In this document: piece after piece, positions 26,724-32,514 of the stretch | Numbering within the stretch: the stretch's first letter is position 1 | Layout: every line of letters begins with the position of its first letter | Source: a virus | Lineage: Duplodnaviria; Caudoviricetes | DNA: 32,514 nt | Virus record (IMG/VR): IMGVR_UViG_3300037961_003355 | Location: 1 to 32,514 of that record | Reading direction: 5' to 3' (one strand) | Made by a program: the position numbers and the translations under genes | The notes under the pieces: model-generated | The model's input: the letters and a program-made list of their open reading frames with translations, nothing else | Told to the model about the DNA's origin: nothing | The model's database searches: none

Positions 26724-27754
26724 TGAGATTAGTAAAGAAAAAAATAAACTGGAAAAACGTTACTTTTTCAACACCTAAAATTAATTTTTTAAATTGGGCA
26801 TCTGGTGGTGTAGCTGTTAAAATTAGTGATGAGGTTTATGAATTTAAAACAGATAAAGAGCTGGAAGCTTTGAGATTAAGTATCCAACCTAGTTGGAAGG
26901 GCAATGACTCTTGCTTTATAACTGTGGAGGAATTAAAAAGTATATATTTTAAAACAAAAGAACGAATGAAACAAATTAAACTATTAAACGGTGAAGTTTA
27001 TGATAAGGAAAAATTAATAAACAGAATGTATGATGATTCTTTTTATTATGGTGAACTGGGTAAAAATGCTTTAAGCAGCTCCTCTATTAAAAACCTATTG
27101 GATTCTCCTAAAGCTTATTCCAGAAGTTTAAATTACAACGAAGATTCCGATCCTTTTAAAATGGGTAGGTTAATACATTTAGCGGCATTAGAACCTGAAA
27201 AATTAGAAACACTTTGTCATGTAGTAGAGGTGCAATCAGAAAACACAAAAAAATACAAAGAAAAGGTTGCAGAGATAGGTGATAACAGATATATATTTAC
27301 TAGGAAAATGTACGATAAAGGGATGTACACTGTGGATAGTTTATTACAAAATGATATATGGATGGAATATACCAGGAAGGCAAAATTTGAAGAACCTGGT
27401 TTTGATATATTGCATGGTTATCCTTTTAGAGCTAAAGCTGATGTTTTGGGTCTTGATTACATTGCTGATTTGAAAACAACAAGTGATCTTAAATCTTTCC
27501 AATGGTCTGCTAAAAAATATAGCTATGATGTTCAGGTTTATATTTACTGCCAGATATTTGGTATAGATTATAGAGATTTTATTTTCTTTGTTATAGATAA
27601 AGCAACGGGGGATCTTGGTATATGGGATGTAAAGGAAAGTGCATATAACAGAGGTAAAGAAAAAGTAGAATATGCTATTAGGATTTTTGAAAAGTATTTT
27701 ATAAAGCAAGAGGAGGATATAAACTCCTATGTAATAAAAGGGTCATTGGAGTAA
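26723..27754 (+). CDS. PD-(D/E)XK exonuclease (RecE/DUF3799-like)
   Basis: LSSSSIKNLL.SP, GRLIH...LEP, RAKAD, DLKTT, Y..Q..IY motifs. Confidence 0.8.
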   Translation: MRLVKKKINWKNVTFSTPKINFLNWASGGVAVKISDEVYEFKTDKELEALRLSIQPSWKGNDSCFITVEELKSIYFKTKERMKQIKLLNGEVYDKEKLINRMYDDSFYYGELGKNALSSSSIKNLLDSPKAYSRSLNYNEDSDPFKMGRLIHLAALEPEKLETLCHVVEVQSENTKKYKEKVAEIGDNRYIFTRKMYDKGMYTVDSLLQNDIWMEYTRKAKFEEPGFDILHGYPFRAKADVLGLDYIADLKTTSDLKSFQWSAKKYSYDVQVYIYCQIFGIDYRDFIFFVIDKATGDLGIWDVKESAYNRGKEKVEYAIRIFEKYFIKQEEDINSYVIKGSLE

Positions 27755-27924
27755 TGTTAAACAACCACGTTAATGAATTTTATCTTTTAGCTTTAATTGA
27801 TTTTAAAAATGGAGTTAGCGTTGAAGAACTTAAAAAAACTTTAAAAATGTATGAGGATATAGAAGATTATGAAGCATGTGCGGGAATATTAAAAGCAATA
27901 AACGAACTAGAAAATGATTATTAA
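27754..27924 (+). CDS. Small hypothetical protein (56 aa) with EDYEACA motif
   Basis: Hand-translated; TAATG-coupled and fills the gap exactly. Confidence 0.65.
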   Translation: MLNNHVNEFYLLALIDFKNGVSVEELKKTLKMYEDIEDYEACAGILKAINELENDY

Positions 27925-28323
27925 ATGGATATAAAAAACATTAAAAAAATAGTAGAAGAAGAAACTGGTTATGATTTACTAAATAAATCCAGAAAACAGG
28001 AACTTGTTTATGCAAGAGCTATGTATTATAAGCTTTGTAGGGAATACTCCTTAAACTCCTTGCAAACAATCGCAAGATCCGTAAACAAAAATCATGCAAC
28101 TGTATTACACGGTATAAAGCTATTCGATAATTGGATATGTAAACACGATAAAAGATACTCTAAGATATATAAAAATATAGATGAGAAAATAGAATACAAA
28201 TTTAAAAGAGAAAGTAGGTATAAAAACAAAGAATATTATAAAGATAAATACAGGGAAAAGCTATTAGAGCTTAGAAAAATATCTAATAAATACAGGAATT
28301 TAAAAAAGTTAGTAGATGTTTAG
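27925..28323 (+). CDS. DnaA C-terminal (domain IV)-like DNA-binding protein
   Basis: SRKQELVYARAM...SLQTIA...KNHATVLHG. Confidence 0.75.
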   Translation: MDIKNIKKIVEEETGYDLLNKSRKQELVYARAMYYKLCREYSLNSLQTIARSVNKNHATVLHGIKLFDNWICKHDKRYSKIYKNIDEKIEYKFKRESRYKNKEYYKDKYREKLLELRKISNKYRNLKKLVDV

Positions 28324-28328
28324 TGTTT

Positions 28329-28353
28329 AACAAAATGAATTGTTTTTTATTAT
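28329..28353 (+). promoter_or_regulatory. Putative phage late promoter AACAAA-N13-TATTAT
   Basis: Same motif, upstream of the terminase genes. Confidence 0.6.
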
Positions 28354-28381
28354 CTACATGAATAATCAAGTTTTTTCAAGC

Positions 28382-28612
28382 ATGTCACACGGTGGAAAAA
28401 GAGAAAGAGCAGGAAGGAAATCCAAGGCAGAAGAAGTTAATTTAATTGAAAAGTTATCACCTCTAGAGGATTCAGCATTTGAAGCATTAAAAAAAGGTGT
28501 TGAAAAAGGGGATTTCAAATACGTTCAATTATTTTACAACTACTATGCTGGTAAACCTAAAGAAACCAAAGACATCTTATTAACTGAAGATTTACCTTTA
28601 TTTGTAGATTAA
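28382..28612 (+). CDS. terS: Terminase small subunit (putative)
   Basis: HGGKR..AGRK N-terminus, YAGKPKE; upstream of terL; alternative start at 28358. Confidence 0.6.
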   Translation: MSHGGKRERAGRKSKAEEVNLIEKLSPLEDSAFEALKKGVEKGDFKYVQLFYNYYAGKPKETKDILLTEDLPLFVD

Positions 28613-28642
28613 CGATAATCAAAAACGTTAATTTACATCTTT

Positions 28643-29812
28643 ATGCAGGTTAAAAAAACCGAAGCACTTTCCAAATTAAGATCCTTAGATAATAGACATC
28701 GTATTATTAGAGGAGGTACCTCAGCAGGAAAAACTATCTGCATTTTACTTATTCTTATAGATTATGCTATTAGAAATCCAGGGAAAGAAATATCTGTTGT
28801 ATCAGAAAGCATTCCACACTTACGTAGAGGTTGTTTAAAAGACTTCTTAGCTATCCTAAAGTCCCTTAATAGATATAAGGATACCCAGTACAATAAAAGT
28901 CTTTTAAAGTACAATTTTTCAAATGGTAGTTACATAGAGTTTTTTAGTACAGATCAAAGTGATAAACTTAGAGGAGCAAGAAGAACGGATCTATTTATCA
29001 ATGAGTGCAACAACATCCCATTTGATGCTTATCAACAATTAGCAATTAGAACATCCGGTACAATATGGTTAGATTATAATCCAACTAATTTATTTTGGGT
29101 AGATAAAGAACTGTTAAATCAACCTGATACTGATTTCGTAACATTAACCTATAGGGACAACGATACCTTGTCTGATAGTATAATTAAGGAACTTTTAAAA
29201 GCAAGGCAAAAAGCTAAAACATCTACTTATTGGAAGAATTGGTGTAGAGTTTATTTAGATGGTGAGATTGGAAGTTTAGAAGGTGTATGTATACCTGATT
29301 GGAAGGAAATAGATTCCATACCTATACAAGCAAGATTGCTAGGATATGGAATGGATTTTGGTTATAGTGTGGATCCAACTACATTGATAGCTTTATACAA
29401 ATGGAATGATGCTTATATATATGATGAGGTGTTATATAAAAAAGGAATGCTTAATAGGGATATTAGTAGATTCCTTAGAGAATTAAATATAAAAGAAAAC
29501 ATAATAGCAGATAGCGCAGAACCAAAAAGTATTGCGGAGTTAAATGGATATGGTCACAGTGTTTACCCTGTTAGTAAAGGCAGGGATAGTGTTGTATACG
29601 GTATTAACTTAATAAACCAAAATGAAATATTTATAACTAAAAAAAGCACAAACCTTAAAAAAGAACTACAGGGATATATATGGGCAAAAGATAAAGATGG
29701 TAATACATTACAGAAACCAACAGGGTCACATCCTGATTGCATAGATGCTGCAAGGTATGTTTTAACAGATATATTAGAGAACCCAAATAAAGGGGAGTAT
29801 CATATTTATTAA
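28643..29812 (+). CDS. terL: Terminase large subunit (PBSX-like)
   Basis: Walker A GGTSAGKT, LFINE, DYNP; nuclease MDFGY, ADSAEP, DCIDAARY. Confidence 0.92.
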   Translation: MQVKKTEALSKLRSLDNRHRIIRGGTSAGKTICILLILIDYAIRNPGKEISVVSESIPHLRRGCLKDFLAILKSLNRYKDTQYNKSLLKYNFSNGSYIEFFSTDQSDKLRGARRTDLFINECNNIPFDAYQQLAIRTSGTIWLDYNPTNLFWVDKELLNQPDTDFVTLTYRDNDTLSDSIIKELLKARQKAKTSTYWKNWCRVYLDGEIGSLEGVCIPDWKEIDSIPIQARLLGYGMDFGYSVDPTTLIALYKWNDAYIYDEVLYKKGMLNRDISRFLRELNIKENIIADSAEPKSIAELNGYGHSVYPVSKGRDSVVYGINLINQNEIFITKKSTNLKKELQGYIWAKDKDGNTLQKPTGSHPDCIDAARYVLTDILENPNKGEYHIY

Positions 29813-29908
29813 AAACGTTAAAGTTCGTTAAAGTTTATTACGTTTAATAAAATGTTAATATATTTACACTATAAACATTAAAACAATTTTAAAACTAAAA
29901 TTAAAACA

Positions 29909-30046
29909 ATGATAACTTTATTTAAAAATGAATTTTGCGAAATTAAAAGAACTATTAATAACAAACTTTTAAGGGTAGATTTAATTCTTGGTACAGAAAT
30001 GTATATCCCTCACTACATAAGCAAAAACGGAAAATTAATAAAATAA
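29909..30046 (+). CDS. Small hypothetical protein (45 aa)
   Basis: Hand-translated MITLFKNEFCEIKR...; A-rich leader; followed by a terminator. Confidence 0.5.
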   Translation: MITLFKNEFCEIKRTINNKLLRVDLILGTEMYIPHYISKNGKLIK

Positions 30047-30053
30047 AAACAAC

Positions 30054-30076
30054 AAGGGGCAGCAATGCCCCTTTTT
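30054..30076 (+). terminator. Rho-independent terminator
   Basis: AAGGGGCA-GCAA-TGCCCCTT hairpin followed by Ts. Confidence 0.8.
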
Positions 30077-30088
30077 AAATACAATAAT

Positions 30089-30259
30089 ATGAAACGAATA
30101 CAAGACAGTTACGAATACAAGATTGTAAAACAAATCACATCTAAAGAAAATAAAAAAGCAATGAAAAAAGCAATGATAGAAATGGCTATATTTATGGGCA
30201 TAGTTTACATAGGGTCTTTCTTGTTTGTTAAATTAGCATTCTTTATATGGCGAGGATAA
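30089..30259 (+). CDS. Small protein with C-terminal TM helix
   Basis: Start re-called to the ATG at 30089; hydrophobic C-terminus. Confidence 0.6.
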   Translation: MKRIQDSYEYKIVKQITSKENKKAMKKAMIEMAIFMGIVYIGSFLFVKLAFFIWRG

Positions 30260-30525
30260 AAGATTGGCAAATGATGCAAAGGTGTTGGGATAATGGTTTT
30301 AGGTTTTATCCCGTTCCATCAGGGGAAGGAAAGGTAAGATTGGAATTCCAAATGCAGAAGGATTACCAAATAGGTAAAGTAGAATATTCCCAAGATAAAA
30401 AAGGGCAATTAGCGTATAGTGAAAGGATGAGGGAATTATACGTAGAAGCTTATTTTAATCACAAACATAGATTTATTAAAGATAAAGTGTGGTGTTTTAA
30501 AAAAAATGATTATATTGTGAAGTAA
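30247..30525 (+). CDS. Hypothetical protein
   Basis: ORF track; overlaps the upstream gene. Confidence 0.6.
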   Translation: MARIKDWQMMQRCWDNGFRFYPVPSGEGKVRLEFQMQKDYQIGKVEYSQDKKGQLAYSERMRELYVEAYFNHKHRFIKDKVWCFKKNDYIVK

Positions 30526-30592
30526 ATAGTTTTTTCATTTAGTTTAAATTGGTTAATGTTGGGAGGGGAGCAGAAATGCTCCCTTTCTTTTT
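30523..30592 (+). ncRNA. Candidate antisense small RNA (U-rich seed + terminator)
   Basis: Seed is the reverse complement of an A-rich leader followed by ATG AAA AAA CTA; -7-like TATATTGT at 30511. Confidence 0.3.
30563..30592 (+). terminator. Rho-independent terminator
   Basis: GGGAGCA-GAAA-TGCTCCC hairpin followed by a T-rich tail. Confidence 0.85.
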
Positions 30593-30593
30593 A

Positions 30594-30618
30594 TACATAA
30601 TCTATATATCTTTATTAT
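30594..30618 (+). promoter_or_regulatory. Putative phage late promoter TACATA-N13-TATTAT
   Basis: Variant of the motif directly after a terminator; ATG starts 7 nt after the box. Confidence 0.5.
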
Positions 30619-30624
30619 TATTAT

Positions 30625-31287
30625 ATGAAAGTTAATATATATATACCTGATAGCTTAGCTGATATTACTTTAGATCAGTATCAGAGGTTTGAAAAGTTAA
30701 ATACAGAGGATAATCAAAACAGCAACTTTTTGCTTCATAAGATGGTAGAAATCTTTTGCAAGATTGATTTAAAAAATATAGCAAAGATTAAATTTAGTTA
30801 CGTTAGTCAAATAGCTCAAGATCTTAATAAGGTATTTAATCAAAAATCGGATTTAATTACCACCTTTAAAATGAGAGGTATAGAGTACGGTATGATTCCT
30901 AAGTTAGATGATATAACATTAGGGGAATATATAGACCTTGATGAAAGCATTTCGGATTGGGATACAATGCATAAAGCAATGTCTGTTTTATACAGACCAA
31001 TTACTATTAGAAAAGACGATAGATACCAGATAGAAGAATACACAGAAGAAACAGATCCAGGGAAGTTTAAGAATATGCCTTTAAATGTTGTTATGGGAGC
31101 TTTAGTTTTTTTTTGGAGTTTAAGCGACGAGTTGTTACAAACTACCCTGAAATATTTAGCGAAGGAGATGAAGGACAATCTGACTTTTCAGCAACGACAA
31201 ATTTTGGAAGAAAGTGGGGTTGGTATCAATCAATCTATGGCTTGGCTCAAGGGGATGTTACCAGGTTTGATACAGTTACCGGATTGA
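30625..31287 (+). CDS. Putative tail assembly chaperone (0-frame product)
   Basis: 220 aa; contains a T9 slippery run exactly where an overlapping -1 ORF begins. Confidence 0.55.
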   Translation: MKVNIYIPDSLADITLDQYQRFEKLNTEDNQNSNFLLHKMVEIFCKIDLKNIAKIKFSYVSQIAQDLNKVFNQKSDLITTFKMRGIEYGMIPKLDDITLGEYIDLDESISDWDTMHKAMSVLYRPITIRKDDRYQIEEYTEETDPGKFKNMPLNVVMGALVFFWSLSDELLQTTLKYLAKEMKDNLTFQQRQILEESGVGINQSMAWLKGMLPGLIQLPD

Positions 31288-31367
31288 ATCTGCATAAGTC
31301 ACTTATGTATTTGGCATTTGAAAAAGAAAAATTAGAATTAGAAAAATCAATGATTAGAAAACGATGA
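31113..31367 (+). CDS. -1 frameshift extension of the 30625 gene (gpGT-like)
   Basis: No ATG start near its 5' end; begins at T TTT TTT; its stop is coupled (ATGA) to the next gene. Confidence 0.6.
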   Translation: MEFKRRVVTNYPEIFSEGDEGQSDFSATTNFGRKWGWYQSIYGLAQGDVTRFDTVTGLNLHKSLMYLAFEKEKLELEKSMIRKR

Positions 31368-31819
31368 AAGGTTTTTATAGTGTAACGGACAAAATTAAAA
31401 CATTGCTAAATGCAGAGCCATTTGTAAACACAGTTACATTTGGGAGTATAGACGATGTAGATTTGGACAAACAAAGTATGTTTCCACTTTCCCATGTTAT
31501 TGTAAATAATGCAGTAGTAGGAACAAAGACTACAACCTTTAGTATTTCTATTCTTGCAATGGATTTAGTAGATATATCTAATGATGAGGTTACTGATGTG
31601 TTTGTAGGGAATGATAATGAGCAGGATGTATTGAATACACAACTTGCACTTCTTACAAGAATAATAAATGAACTACAAAGAGGCGATAGCTACACGGATA
31701 AATACCAAATAGAAGCTGATGTTACTTGTGAACCTTTTGTGGATAGATTTGAAAATAAGTTAGCTGGATGGACTGCAACTTTTGATGTGGTGGTAATTAA
31801 TGATATGACTGTTTGCTGA
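31364..31819 (+). CDS. Tail terminator/completion-like protein
   Basis: 151 aa, acidic; FPLSHVIV and PFVDRFENKLAGW motifs; position in the tail module. Confidence 0.55.
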   Translation: MKGFYSVTDKIKTLLNAEPFVNTVTFGSIDDVDLDKQSMFPLSHVIVNNAVVGTKTTTFSISILAMDLVDISNDEVTDVFVGNDNEQDVLNTQLALLTRIINELQRGDSYTDKYQIEADVTCEPFVDRFENKLAGWTATFDVVVINDMTVC

Positions 31820-32358
31820 TGACATTTGCAGAAACAAAAAAAGCATTAAAGGTGTTTGCTGATACAATTATCAAGCAATCTAAAGGTAACCTACGCAGAA
31901 ATAAAAAAAACAAATATATAACAGGTTCAGCAAGTGGTGATTTAGAAAACAGCTTGGGATATAAGTTGGATGTAAATCCTAAAAAATTCAGTCTACAGTT
32001 TTACATGTCGGATTATGGTACTTTCCAGGACTTAGGGGTAAAAGGTAGTAAATCAACATACAATAAAAGTAAAGACAGTCCTTATAAGTATTCCGGTATG
32101 TACAAAAGTATACCTCCACAATCGCTGGATAAATGGATGGTTAAAAAATCTATAAAGGGTGTAAGGGATGAAAAAGGAAGATTCGTGGGGAGGAAAAGTT
32201 TAAGGTTTTTATTAGCAAGAAGCATTTATGAAAAAGGTATTAGAGCATCTTTCTTTTTTACCAAACCGTTTGAAAATGCTTTTGAAAAAATACCAAACGA
32301 AATAATAGAAAAGTTTGCATTGGATATAGAGGATTTTATAGGATTAAAAAATGATTAA
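31813..32358 (+). CDS. Neck/tail completion protein (HK97 gp10-like)
   Basis: Basic protein; ASGDLENSL, YG.FQD.GV, KGIRASFFFTKPF motifs. Confidence 0.55.
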   Translation: MLMTFAETKKALKVFADTIIKQSKGNLRRNKKNKYITGSASGDLENSLGYKLDVNPKKFSLQFYMSDYGTFQDLGVKGSKSTYNKSKDSPYKYSGMYKSIPPQSLDKWMVKKSIKGVRDEKGRFVGRKSLRFLLARSIYEKGIRASFFFTKPFENAFEKIPNEIIEKFALDIEDFIGLKND

Positions 32359-32514
32359 AGCAAGAAGTCCATATTATATAGAACACGAAGAACCTGCTGC
32401 ACCGGCGGTACTACCGAGATTTACTTGCGAAGATACTGTAATATCGGGTCTTGCAGTAGCAGCAAACGGGACTATAACAAACCCAACTGCAAGTGTAGGT
32501 ACATTCCATAGTGA
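32351..32514 (+). CDS. 5' part of the junction-spanning 182-aa virion protein (MIKARSPYYIE...)
   Basis: ATG overlaps the upstream stop; reads in frame into 2-484 via the terminal repeat. Confidence 0.75.
   Translation, partial: MIKARSPYYIEHEEPAAPAVLPRFTCEDTVISGLAVAANGTITNPTASVGTFHS
32416..32513. repeat. Terminal direct repeat / circular assembly overlap (right copy)
   Basis: Identical to bases 1-98. Confidence 0.95.

Noticed and set aside
1267-31178. All minus-strand ORFs in the track (e.g. 4276-4773, 18270-18701, 27344-27709, 30840-31178)
   Set aside because: They are antisense shadows of well-supported plus-strand genes and have no recognisable motifs
1-32514. Integrase/repressor, tRNA genes, CRISPR array, stop-codon recoding
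   Set aside because: None recognised; intergenic gaps are short and genes are intact under the standard code

Overview
This window is an apparently complete, circularly assembled genome (about 32.4 kb; bases 1-98 recur at 32416-32513) of an AT-rich tailed phage with a siphovirus-like gene set. Bacteroidota-type promoter boxes and a DUF3127-like SSB suggest a Bacteroidota (flavobacterial) host. All credible genes are on the + strand. The modules are: tail tip and tape measure; prohead protease, scaffold, capsid, tail tube and portal; a LamG tail fibre; a lysis cassette; early recombination/replication genes with a phage sigma factor; terminase; and tail chaperone/completion genes. No integrase, DNA polymerase, primase, tRNA or CRISPR array was recognised. 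The top candidate for an undescribed system is a translationally coupled operon at about 22.9-26.7 kb that suggests a cytosine hypermodification pathway. It combines a dCMP-type thymidylate synthase homologue, a compact asparagine-synthetase-like amidotransferase, a permuted methyltransferase with a deviant catalytic motif, and three all-alpha pyrophosphatase-like genes. Other signals are an exactly spaced late-promoter motif (WACAWA-N13-TATTRW, often implying leaderless mRNA), a candidate antisense sRNA, a duplicated 'ARSP' docking peptide, and a -1 frameshift site. All family assignments come from motif recognition by eye, not database searches.
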